Below, in pieces: positions 1 through 10,393 of a stretch of DNA of 30,938 bases. The stretch is from Selaginella moellendorffii (Eukaryota; Plantae; Lycopodiophyta): NCBI RefSeq assembly GCF_000143415.4, contig NW_003314387.1:347828-378765 (forward strand), in the 5' to 3' direction. Every line of letters begins with the position of its first letter. Within the stretch, counting starts at the first letter, position 1. Both the position numbers and the translations under genes were made by a program. The notes beneath the pieces were generated by a model. It was not told the DNA's origin. It saw only the letters and a list, made by a program, of their open reading frames with translations, and did not search any database.

Positions 1-3000
1 GGCATTAACATCACGCAACTTATTTTAGTGAAAGTGGCATTGTTATTTCAAGTGATGAGGAATTTTCCTTGGACCTTGATTTTCCATGTCATTTTTCTTG
101 TTAGTGTTTTGGCTTCACATTAGATCTTGAAGGTGATTGAAGAAGAGTGTTAGTGCAATGTGGATATCCGAAGATGTGGTCTTCGTGATCAAACCTTGGA
201 TGTTCATTTTGCATTTTGCGAATGTCAGTGTTAGATATCGGTTAGATGAGCGATACTTAAACATATTGTTGGATCATGAGAATTTGTGTTGAGGTGAACC
301 TATATGAAATTGTCTGTAGGAGGAAGTTGGTTGAGTCTTGAAAGTTTGCAATTCTGGACTGAGAGGCATTTTTTCTTTAGGATGGAAATTTTCCACAAAT
401 TTTCTTAGACTTCTCCAATGGCTGATCTGTTGATCACTTTGCCGAAAACCATTCCATTTTTGTAAGCCAATACAAACTAGTGAAGGGGGTTAGAGTTGAC
501 TTCAGTTGGCTTAGACCTTGGTAGGTAGTTTGTATGATGTGACTTGAAAGGGATGTTGACTTTTGAGGCTAAGGCAATTGAGTTAGATAAAGTCTAGAGT
601 TGGTATAGAAAAGTGGCCGTTGTGTTTTTTCTAAGAAGGGTGACTTTTGTGCCTTTCTTTTGTAGCATTATGCTCGGTGGCAGGTTGCACCTTGCATTTT
701 ATTAAGACTCTATGAGAGTAGTGAGCTCTCACTGATCTTGACTTGGTCTTGGTGGCCCTGTGCCTTGGCTAAGGATGGTGATGTCCAACTTAGTTGTTTG
801 AGGTTGAGATGTTGGTACCTGTACTATAGCTTTGTCTAAGAGGAGGTTGTGTACCGATATGAGTTCATCTCATGGTCTTCACTTTTGTTTCGACTGAGTG
901 TTGATTGTATAGCTAGCCTCTTCAAGACATGTTCAGAGCTAGTGGCTAAATATTTTAGTGAGCTTATTGCAGTTGAGTTGGATTCGAGTGGTCATTTAGT
1001 TTGTGTTTGTCTATGAACTTTTATCTCGTACCTGGGGTATCACGTTCATATTGGACAAGTATATGACTTGATGACGTGAGTTTAGTGTTTGGGTCTTATG
1101 AAGACAAGTTAAAGAGTGATTGTTGGTTGCTCTGCGACTAGTGATTGCTCATAGATTTCATCGAAGACTGTTTGACACTTGATACACTCGATGATGATTT
1201 AGCAATGATAGACTTGCTTTGCTGGATGATGTTGCGGAGGATCGTATCATGGCTTGTATGGGTTTTCCATGTTGACATGTTGATTCCTTTGTCGATATCA
1301 TTTGGTTATGTTTAGTCCATAGTGTCGAATTATATTGAGTCTTGGATGTGGTGAATCACTCCTTGATGATGTGCTATCTGAAACTGAGTATTGTTAGAGG
1401 ATTGGTCTTAGATACTAATTAAGGTATCTTCGACTTTGGTTAGCTTGGTTGCTAGGAAGTTTTGGGTGGTGATTCACTCTTGCTTTCTTCTAGTTTTGTT
1501 ATGGTGTTGATGGCATTGAAGTGATACCTTGTCATTGACATTGTTGATATTGAGATTCGAATGAAATGAGATATCCTTCCAAGGATTGATATTGAGTTTC
1601 ATTAATCTTGATGAAAATAGTGTTGATGATTTGCTTTAGCTTTGTGTTGTTGGCATTCATGCATTTGCTAGTTAGCAACCGTGTTGACATTCAAATGAAC
1701 TAAGTGGCAAATTTGAGTTAGTTGCGTTCTAGATAAAATTGTTAAGTAGGGGTTAAGCTTTAGCTTTTCCTTGAAAAGTGATTTAGTCGTGAACAATGTT
1801 ACCTCTATGAGAGGAAGAGTTAGTGATTGGTATTGAAGTGATTGAATCTTTGTTAGATTTCAGTTGGGATATATTGATCATTGATGATTCTTCTTCTACT
1901 TGTTATGAAGTGAGTTACGTCTTGCTATAGATGGATTCATGGAGGATTGATTAAGTGATCACTTGTTGAGCATAGCTTCAATATGCTTAGCTTTTGGATT
2001 GATGCAGGAATGCTTTTCATTAGTTTAGCATTATGAAATTTGGCTTATAGATGTGTTGAGGAAGATATTGTGGGTTGCACCATGATTTTTTCTTTAGCAT
2101 TGAGGTTAGCTTCTATGAGACTTGTGATCATTATTAAGCAAGACTTGGCTATATGCTTCTTCAAGTTTTTGGTTCCTTGAGTTTTGTGCTCATTGTTCTA
2201 TTTGTTAAAAGTTGTTAGGGAAGCATTTTGGCTCATTAGCTTCAATGTTGACGTTGGCTTTCGCATCTAGCAATCATTGGTGATGATTGAATATCATCTA
2301 GGATAGTTGATTATCCTTATCAAAAGGTTTTGCTTGATTGTTATTGTTACAGAATGATTCACTGTTTTCGGGATGGTGGATTCCTTCTTAGACGATGATT
2401 CTGCATATCTCTTTTTGATGGGATGATTAATGATCTTTCATGATGGTTAGTTGTTCTCTTTGATGGCTTATGGTTTTTCGCATTACCACATGTTCTTTGT
2501 GGTTTGCTTTGAATTGGTCTTTTGAGTTTGAGTCATCAGTAGGATGTTGCTGACACTTGCTAAAACAACTTTGGTTCCTTGGTATTATTGACCGGGATCT
2601 ATTCAGATTGGCTAGTGCAATGGTTGATATGAAAAAGCATTTGTTTGCTTTGCAACATTCATTTTGTTCTGTTGATTATTGCTTGAGTTAGTTCTCATAG
2701 ATTATGATGTTATTTCCTTCGGGTGATACATTCACAAGCATTATGCTTGTTAGTCAATGATACTTTGTGTTCTTTGAGTTGTGTTTTGTGAGTTGTTTGG
2801 CATATTATCTGCCATTTTTGGTAATTAAATTTCATCATTGAGTTTACTTGATGATATACTTGCTATCAAATTTTGTTGGATGGTGAATCCTGTGTTTACC
2901 ACTTATGATGATCTTGGTGGTTCTTATACTATAATACTACTTTATCGGATGATAACTTACTTAGAATACTTTTGTGTTTAATCTAATATTTATTCACTAA

Positions 3001-3592
3001 TAATTAAGTCTCTAAGATATCATTGTCTATGACTTTGATATTTTCCATTTATTGATCTTTGAGTTTGGGCCAGTATAGGCAGACTGGCTTCGGCACTTTG
3101 TGTGCATGTTGAAATCTCTAGTCATGGGGTAGCTACTGTCAACTAGTCATATCACCCACCTCTCTGTCGATGTTCCTTATTCCGTTGAAAGGGTGTGACC
3201 ATGTAAACAATTCCAACTACCTATTTACAGTAATCTATCTAAACCTTACCGACAGGTTTGGTTTCTTTGCTCAGGAGGGTTGGGGCCTTTGGCTTCTCTC
3301 TCTATGTCTCTGTGGACAGGGGCGTATCACACTTTTCTAGCTGGGTGACACCCAGAGCAACAAGGGTGGCTGACTCCGTTGGTCATTTCCTTGTTGGCGA
3401 CAGCCGAAAGGTGTCTGAGCTGGTAGCGCATTCGCATTAGACAAAGAGGTTGCCTCCTAACTCATTTAAGTTGGTGCATTTCTCACATAGTGTGAATACC
3501 GTGAAGTTTTTCTGGAGTTGTTTCTTTGGCGGTATTCTAGACTTGAGTATGCATCAACGAGGATGTCGATCTTCCCTAGGGGGGGGGGAGAG
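1..3592 (+). mobile_element. Decayed internal region of an LTR retroelement (5' end outside window)
   Basis: No ORF >=60 aa in 1-3250 and strong T/G skew. Runs into a GAGGATGTCGATCTT..AGGGG motif, similar to the pre-PPT motif at 22357-22390, then a PPT and an LTR. No protein motif could be confidently read, so assigning 1-3050 to this element is inference. Confidence 0.45.
3578..3592 (+). other. Polypurine tract
   Basis: AGGGGGGGGGGAGAG immediately before the TGT that starts the LTR. Confidence 0.8.
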
Positions 3593-4726
3593 TGTCGCAA
3601 ATGTGACTTCGGGTATCGAAAGTTACCTGTCGACCAATCCTTACGGACACTCTTACCTTACTGCCACGACGGTAGGAGGTCGGTATTGCTGGACCCTTTA
3701 TCAGTCCCTCTTGTGCTAGTGGAGTTAACTAGGCATTTCAAGTGTATTTAGACCGGACGAGCATAACGACGGAATTTCTATGTGTTATTAGCTAAGCATA
3801 CTTAGCCCGGTAAAGAGTTCCCGTCTCATTATGTCTTGCACTAGCTAGTGACAAGAACCCTCGTGTATTGAGATTGGTCCCTCAATATCGTTGGATGATA
3901 GTTTACCGTGTCTGCTAAACACCCTCGCTATCATGCCTTTTGTGTTAGTCTCATTTCAGTCCCAAATGCTATTTATGAAAAGTGTCTAGATTTGCTCATT
4001 TGGCATATCTACAAAATGTAGGAATCGGCCTGAACACAATGGTGTTAGTCCCATGTCCAAATTCGCAATCTAGCACCATTCCATATTTAGTAAGTTTCGA
4101 GCTTGTCCCAGAGACTAACTCCTGATACTAAGGGAGGCTTGGGGTGAAAGCCCAAAGCGTGTGTTCCTCAAAAGGGGGGTTCCAAATGTATAGTAGGGAT
4201 AGTGGGTAGGTCGGGCATGGCCGACCAACCTAAGGCATAGTCTAGCTCCCGCTTGCGTGCCTGTTTTTGTTCTGTGTTCGGCTTGGGTTTAAGCCCAAGC
4301 TCCACACCATTCTAGCTGGTGGAGTACCCATGTCCTCACGTTAGGCCACTAGTATGCTGAAATAGCGCCAGACTTCGTTTGGCTCCATTTTGCATGCTAG
4401 TCCTGGCATTGGGATGCTGGATACTCTAGGACTGTTCCAAGTCACTCCGTGCCCTTATCCCTTTACTCCTTAGGCTGAATGCTCAGGAGTTATTCCATGG
4501 TTTGGTTCTATCAATCCTTGGCTCCATGTTTGGGAGTTTGGAATTGTTCCTTCGTTCAGTGGCCCAAGGCCCTAAACCTCGGGGTTCCACACCACTATCC
4601 TTTGGACATGTGGCATGTGACATGTGGCATCTGTCACGTAACACAAAAAAAGTTTAGGTTCCACTTCGTGGTGTTATCCTATGGTAAATCACCATAGGAT
4701 AAAAGGTAAAAACCACGTGCGTTACA
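3593..4726 (+). mobile_element. 3' LTR (~1.13 kb)
   Basis: TGT...ACA termini and an upstream PPT. Sequence right after 4726 (ATTCCTCATCTTTGCCACC) matches the F-box remnant at ~15845, so host sequence resumes exactly there. Shares a 19-nt motif and a TATA-like region with the LTRs at 16795 and 22391. Confidence 0.8.
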
Positions 4727-5390
4727 ATTCCTCATCTTTGCCACCTTGCGATTTTCGCCAAGTGATGTGTCGAGTGTAGTGCTTCACGTAAGCTTGTGGG
4801 TGTGACTAGGCTAGTGGAGTCACGTTTTAAAGCTTCTCCTTGTCCCTTACCATGCTCGCAGTGGCTTAACGTACCCAGGAGCAGTTGAGGGACTTCTTTG
4901 AACCTCGCAGATCCTTGTGTTGTATCATCGCCTTGCTTGCCATGCTTCTTCTCTTGTCAGCCATCAGCTATGCAGAGTCTAAACCTGCAAGCAGCTCTTG
5001 AGGAATTGTTTGCTCTCACCTGATGCTTGATCAAGGCTCTCACAATGTACTCTGGGACTAGACTACAGTGGATATCACTGATGCAACAAGCTTTAGGTTC
5101 TGAGTCTAAGTTAGTTGCACCAACTCAAAGATGTTCTGTTTTGTTTCATGGTTTTGAACATGGTTTTTCTATAGGAACAAGCATCAGACTGGAAGCTTTT
5201 GGGTGGTGTCTTGATGAATTAAGCTCCCCGAGGGTTTCATCTTGCGAAGAAGAGAGAAACAACTACCCCCAACCTTCAGCACTCTTGACATTTCCAGATG
5301 CCTTGCAACTCGAATCTCTTGGGCAGAACGCACCGGTGCTCTTGAGGGGGGTGCCTGGATCAAATCAAACTGGTGGGAAACATTCGTGTG
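4727..5390 (+). pseudogene. F-box/LRR gene remnant, copy A (5' part cut off by the LTR element)
   Basis: LRR-like STLDISRC motif. Patchwise homology to 6020-6400, to 15845-15887 and to the reverse complements of 7480-8130, 8895-9725 and 13645-14700 (e.g. GTGCCTGGATCAAATCAAACT). Frameshifts and stops. Confidence 0.65.
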
Positions 5391-5470
5391 CCAGCTGAGC
5401 GCCATGCCCAGAATTTCAAGAAACGATTCATGAAAGTAACAAACACGTTAACAAGCTATTAATGCATAAT

Positions 5471-5569
5471 TTGGTCGGGAACCTGTTGGCCGGATATCTG
5501 GCTAGAATAAAAACAATTATTGGCAAGGTCACAGGCTCGAACCCACAGCCAGAGACCCAATTAAATTTT
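5471..5569 (+). repeat. Conserved ~100-nt hairpin/B-box element, copy A (tRNA-related SINE-like element or ncRNA)
   Basis: 91/99 nt identical and ungapped to the reverse complement of 13459-13557. Contains AAGGTCACAGG(C/T)TCGAACCC, resembling a tRNA variable loop plus T-loop. Ends in T4. Confidence 0.8.
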
Positions 5570-5589
5570 ACTTCGCTTGCGCAAGAATT

Positions 5590-5810
5590 TGCCGATGGGT
5601 CTTTATGGAATTCGCTGGAGTGCTTGAGCAGCAGCAGCAGCCACGATGATCATGGTCAGTGTGTCGATCTAGCCCAGACTCTTCCTTTTGCTTTAAAGTC
5701 ATGCTGGAACGCGTCTCAGCATTGCTCGCTTGAACGCCAACAGGTTTGGACGAGGAGAGGAGCTTAAACTTGCGACTCGCAATGCAGCCTTGTCTACGAA
5801 AGTATCATTG
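5590..5810 (+). pseudogene. PPR-like remnant
   Basis: VDLAQ-type motif. Shares GTCGATCTAGCCCAG and CTTGCG.CTCGC..AATGCAGCCT with 6760-6865. Very degraded. Confidence 0.45.
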
Positions 5811-5884
5811 CATTTCAGCTAGAGGGGGTGTCCAAGTTTGAATCCACCACTAGCTCCTCCTACATGCTTCGTCAAAATAGCGAA

Positions 5885-6480
5885 TGGCCGAGGACTACTG
5901 ACGACCTGGATAACGATACGCTGCTCCACACTTTCGAGCAGCGTTTGACTGCCGCGCTTGTGCCAATCTCATGTAAGAAAGAGTGGAGCTGAGCTAGAGC
6001 GTAGCCTTTCTTCTCTCTAGTTTCTCGCAGTGGCTTGACGTTGCAGATCATTGTGTTGTATCATTCCACCGCTTGTCATGCTTCTTCTTTGCTCTCACCT
6101 GACGCTCGATCAAGGCTCTCACAGGCTGCAGTGAATAACAAAGGAATCACTGGTGCATCAACCCTCAGGTTCTGAGTCTAATCAGTTGCACCAAATCAGG
6201 GATGTGCCTCTCGTGTTTTTGGGAGTGAGTATTTAATTTCATGGTTTTGAACATGAGGATTTGATCTTGCAAAGAAGAGAGAAACAAATAAATACCCCAA
6301 CCTCCAGCACTCTTGACATTTCCAGATGCCTCTCAACTCTGCTCTTCAAGAGGGTGCTTGGATCAAATCAAACTTGCTCATTTTCCAGAAACTTTTCTTG
6401 TTCCGAGAAACAAGTTTTGCTCCAAAAAAAATCCTGGAACCAAGAAGAGAGGCTTGGAAACGTTCGCGCGACCTTGCCCA
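5885..6480 (+). pseudogene. F-box/LRR gene remnant, copy B
   Basis: F-box start DDLDNDTLL, DNA-identical to 15602-15627, and STLDISRCL. Aligned to copy A over ~400 bp with deletions. Confidence 0.7.
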
Positions 6481-6572
6481 CGTGATTGATACGGAACAAG
6501 GAATCAGCACGCGTGCCATTCACTCAAAATCAAGAACAAGCGAAACACTTTAACAGGCTATTAATGTTTAAT

Positions 6573-6678
6573 TTGGACGGGAACATGTTGGTCGGATATC
6601 TGGCTATAATAAAAAAATTTATTGGCAAGGTCACAGGTTCGAATCCACAGCCAGAGAACCACCTAAAAACACTTTTTT
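6573..6678 (+). repeat. Conserved hairpin/B-box element, copy B
   Basis: Colinear with copy A. Canonical B-box GGTTCGAATCC at 6636-6646 and T6 at 6673-6678. Confidence 0.8.
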
Positions 6679-6699
6679 CAAGTGTAGGCGATGTTGGAG

Positions 6700-7010
6700 T
6701 TTCTCCGCGATATTGGAATTTCCTTGTTTCTCCCTCCCGCAGGCTCGAGAGAAAAAAAGACAGTGGTCGATCTAGCCCAGAAAGAAAAGATCCTGGAATG
6801 TGTCTCTCGCTTGGAACGATAATAGATTTGGAGGAGGAACTTGCGCCTCGCGTAATGCAGCCTCGTTACGATCGCACAGAGTGCTGCAGACTGCCAAGGA
6901 AGAACACGAACGCTCTGCAAGCTGGAACGCGAGCTATTGAGCGGAGCAGAGACAGGACACGACCCTGGACATCGGTTTACCGATGCCCAAGAGTTTTGGC
7001 AACCTTCGAA
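6700..7010 (+). pseudogene. PPR-like remnant, paralogous to 5590-5810
   Basis: Shared DNA patches with 5660-5790. The long ORF in the track crossing this region mixes element-derived and remnant sequence. Confidence 0.4.
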
Positions 7011-7029
7011 TGGCTGTGAGTCATGATCT

Positions 7030-7280
7030 CCAGCCCAGAGGACAGGTCCAACTAGCATCGGACTTTTCCCCACTCTTTCATTCTCCAGCGCTGAAATCTG
7101 GCTCGACACTGGCCTCGTCTAGCTTCCCAGATCTCCCCAGCAGATCCACCAAGCATCTTAAGTGTTCCATGATCGTGGACATGCTGTAGTCTTGGGCTAT
7201 GGACGACAAGTAGTTCTCGTCCCGAGATGACTGCAGGCAGAAGACCTCGCTCTGATCACAGTAGCTTGCAAGATGCAAAG
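7030..7280 (-). pseudogene. PLS-class PPR remnant (S2/E-proximal motif)
   Basis: DYSMSTIMEHLRCLVDLLGRSGKLDEA matches the canonical PLS-PPR motif EHYxCMVDLLGRAGxLxEA. Confidence 0.85.
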
Positions 7281-7296
7281 GAGGGAGAAGCGTTGC

Positions 7297-7354
7297 AAAA
7301 TTTTTTGATTGGGTCTCTGGCTGTGGATTCGAACCTGATCAGGTTCCTGTCCAA
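7297..7354 (-). repeat. Conserved hairpin/B-box element, copy C, with 44-nt internal deletion
   Basis: Both ends match copy D. The deleted centre leaves the perfect palindrome GAACCTGATCAGGTTC at 7331-7346. Confidence 0.8.
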
Positions 7355-7479
7355 ATCGGACACTAATTGCTTCTTAACGTATATCATACCTTCACCATAA
7401 CGGCGCAAGCTCTCGCTCATTTCTAAGCATCCTTTCTAAACCCGTGGGAACGTTTTATAAGGCTGTCATCCTTTCTGCG

Positions 7480-8130
7480 GTTGTCAAGCTCAAGAAAGAA
7501 ACCATTATGGAATGAAGATTTCACCACTGAATCCCTGGGATAACCTACCTTTTCTTCTTTTGAGAAACAAGGTTTCCCTGCATCCAACGACTGAATGTCC
7601 GAAGATGGCTTGTTTGAGCATTGAAGATTAAATTGATCCAGGCACGCTCTTGATTAGCAGCAAAGTTAAGAGTACAAGGCTGGAGGTACTTGTCTGTTCT
7701 TTCAAATCCTGGGGAGCTTGAGATTTCATCAAGGGGCTTTCTTGTCGTGTTCTATCCAAGTTTGATGCTTGTTCCTAGCAGCAACAAGAAAAAATCCATG
7801 AAATTTCAAGTCACACCCTGTGTGAAGAAGAGGGGGCAATGCATGGAAAGTACTCGGGGCCAAAAGGTGACTGTCCACAACAAGAGTATTTAGAGCAAAA
7901 AGGGCGAAAGATGAACTGTGGGAAAGCAATGCTTTCACTGCAACGTATATCCCTTGTGCCCTGCTGATCAATCCAAAAGCCACAACACTGGTGGTAGTGC
8001 AGCAGCTCCTCCGTCCCGCGTTTAAATTCTACAAGCTCTTGCCAGGTGCAAGGTTCCATGGCCGTTTGTGACAAGAGAAATGCTGGTCACGTCTTTCGAA
8101 CTGGAGCTACCTGAATTGGATGCCGTGGTT
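7480..8130 (-). pseudogene. F-box/LRR gene remnant, copy C
   Basis: GTCAAGCTCAAGAAAGAAACCATT, GAAGATGGCTTGT and TTGATCCAGGCAC are shared with 8895-9145 and 13645-13900. GGGGAGCTT..TTCATCAAG is the reverse complement of copy A sequence. Confidence 0.6.
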
Positions 8131-8210
8131 GGCTGCTTGCGAACAGTTAAGCTATCAATCACTGTGCCTCTTTTGTTATTTTATTCACTCCAATGGTGGT
8201 GATTTGCCAG

Positions 8211-8706
8211 GTCCCCCAGGCAGCAGAGACTATCGTCAAGGAGACCATCCATGGTTTTAATGCTTCTCATTTGCCTCCTCCAAAAGAGGGCGTCATTCGC
8301 ATGGAAGCCAACGGTGGATTCATCCTCCAGAAGATTAGCGACGAGAAATGCTACATAAGGTACGCTATTAGTTTTTTTTTTTTTTGTTTGTTTTCTTCTT
8401 AAGATAGTCACTACTTCTTTTACAGAGCAGTAATACACCTGGACCTTAAGCTCGACTTTGTTCCGACATGGGTGATTAACTTCCTTGGGCGTCAAGTTGT
8501 GGGACACGGCTTCAGGCTATACCTCAAGGTATATTTCTTTCCTTTTCGGGTGAAAAATGTCTAAGCTTTGTGTGTTACAACAGACTGTTTCTTCTGTTAA
8601 AGAGAGCAAAGTGTTTCAAGAATGCATCAGGCAACAGCCACTCTACAGCCGCATAACGTTACAGATGCTACCAAAATCGAGCCACGAAAATGGATACAAG
8701 AGTTGA
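8211..8706 (+). pseudogene. Last three exons of a START-like (polyketide cyclase/lipid transport superfamily) gene: 8211-8359, 8426-8528, 8584-8706
   Basis: GT-AG introns of 66 and 55 bp splice in frame to VPQAAETIVKETIHGFNASHLPPPKEGVIRMEANGGFILQKISDEKCYIRAVIHLDLKLDFVPTWVINFLGRQVVGHGFRLYLKTVSSVKES...YKS*. The D-L-K-x-x-x-V-P-x-W-V-I-N-F motif is typical of START C-termini. Upstream exons are not found. Confidence 0.8.
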
Positions 8707-8894
8707 GGTGCTTTTCATAAGAAGTATTCATAAGCTTCCTGCACAAGAGCATTTACATTTATAAACAATTTATAAACAAAGAGGAGCTTGAGGCCCACCG
8801 ATACTCCTGAAAAGTCCGAACTTATTCATGAGACATATGCAAGGTGGGTTTTATAAGATTTTTGTTGTTTTGCATGTCTAGAAAAATCTGCTGC

Positions 8895-9725
8895 AGTCAA
8901 GCTCAAGAAAGAAACCATTCTCTTCTCGATGGAATGAAACTCTCACTTGCTCCATGCTCTGGCGAGGCCATGGCAAACAAAATGGGTGGACTCTTCGTCT
9001 CAATCTGACAAGCAGCTGATGCAAAGGCTACTTTTGAGAAACAAAGCGTAAGTATGCTGCAACAAGAACCAGCAACAGCCATTTAAGGTATTGTCGTGGA
9101 AGATGGCTTGTCTGAGCTCGAGTTTGATTTGATCCAGGCACCCTGGTCCCATCTATTCTTCACTTGGTTGTCAAAGCTTGGAGGTCCATAGGTTTCGATC
9201 CTTTCAAATCCTGCTCCAAACTTTTGATGCCTTTTCTTGGCAATAATATATTGCTCTGAAACCGTGAAAGCTTACTCACCTGCAAAAAAAACTCTAGGGT
9301 TGCACCTGACATCCAATAAACCAGGGAAGCTCTTGAGGAAAATCCTAGATTCAACATAAACAAGTCACACCTCATGGAATTGGTGGTGATCTTGGTGCAA
9401 CTAACTAGTTAAACTTGTCCTCAAACACATGGTTTTGGCATTTGTCTTTCACACTATTGTCCAATCTTGTGAAAGCCTTGACCGAGCTTAAACTCAATCA
9501 GCTGAGAACAAGCTGTCTCAAAAGTTTCCAAAGAGCAGAAGGCATAATACAAAAGTCACAAACTCGTCTCATCACAAGTTGCATTGTGGTCACTCCATGC
9601 CTTGGATGTTGATGAACTACAGGCCTCCATTTATCTTGGAAAATACATCTATGAGGAATGAAGCAATCTGGACAATAGTATAAGCAAAATGAACACGAGA
9701 AGAACCATATATACCGTGGAAAGCA
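8895..9725 (-). pseudogene. F-box/LRR gene remnant, copy E
   Basis: Close colinear duplicate of 13645-14395, plus an extra segment containing GGTGCAACTAACT, the reverse complement of copy A sequence. Confidence 0.7.
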
Positions 9726-9756
9726 TGAGTTCTACACTCAAAACGACACACACATG

Positions 9757-9915
9757 GCACGGGCAATGTTCGATCAAATGCCCGAGTGCCACAAATTGTC
9801 GCATGGACTGCTAGGCCTACGCTCTCACTGGAATTTCTTCCACGCTTTAATTTGATCCTCTACCAGGAGATGGTCTTGGAAGGAATGGCTCCCGACTAGA
9901 TCACATTCACTTCCG
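9757..9915 (+). pseudogene. PLS-class PPR remnant
   Basis: ARAMFDQMPE..IVAWTA..AYA...LYQEMVLEGMAPD*ITFTS, read across frameshifts. Confidence 0.85.
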
Positions 9916-10192
9916 AAATCAGAAAAGTTCTTTGTCAGGATGTACCATCTAGTAGGACGAAACTGGCCTCAAGAATGCTAGAGCATAAGTTATAACATGT
10001 AGCTACGTGGGGCTCCTCGCCAAATGATGAACCTATGCAGAGACTTGCCCGATCGTGGAGCACTGGTACACGCAAGGTGGATTGTTAACATTGAGGATGT
10101 CACTGTCGTGTGCTAAAGTGGCCTGAAGAACGCCACCGTGATTGGATTCCTTGTGATTCCATCACTCTTTTAGCTAATAGAGCTTCTAATTA

Positions 10193-10269
10193 CAATCTTT
10201 TACAAGGAACCCACAGTACAAAGACTAAGCTCGGTCACAATCTTTTAAAATGAACCCAGGACTAAGCTC
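10193..10269. repeat. Short imperfect tandem duplication
   Basis: ACAATCTTTTA.AA.GAACCCA...GACTAAGCTC occurs twice in succession. Confidence 0.7.
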
Positions 10270-10393
10270 AATAATGAAGATTAGGCCATCGTTGGAATGT
10301 CCATTTTAAGGAGTTGTGCTCTTATTGGATAGCTCAATGTAAAAATGCTTTTCAATTAAAACGTACAATAATATGCTTTGCCTCCTGTGGGAA

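Noticed and set aside
3258-3751. Short ORFs or a possible chromodomain trace before the PPT
   Set aside because: Similarity too weak to call. Two of the ORFs run across the PPT/LTR boundary.
4568-4580. Telomerase-RNA template-like CCCTAAACC (and CCCTAAC at ~12687)
   Set aside because: Short single matches expected by chance. The first lies within an LTR and no USE/TATA type-3 promoter was recognised.
5462-5569. Conserved small peptide (..GNLLAGYLARIKTIIGKVTGSNPQPE) open in copies A, B and D
   Set aside because: Seven of the eight A-vs-D substitutions fall in codons that change the amino acid, copy D lacks the ATG, and copy C has a frameshifting deletion. Not excluded, but a non-coding explanation fits better.
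6573-6660. Functional tRNA gene
   Set aside because: Only the variable-loop/T-loop motif matches. The T-stem, anticodon arm and acceptor stem cannot be formed.
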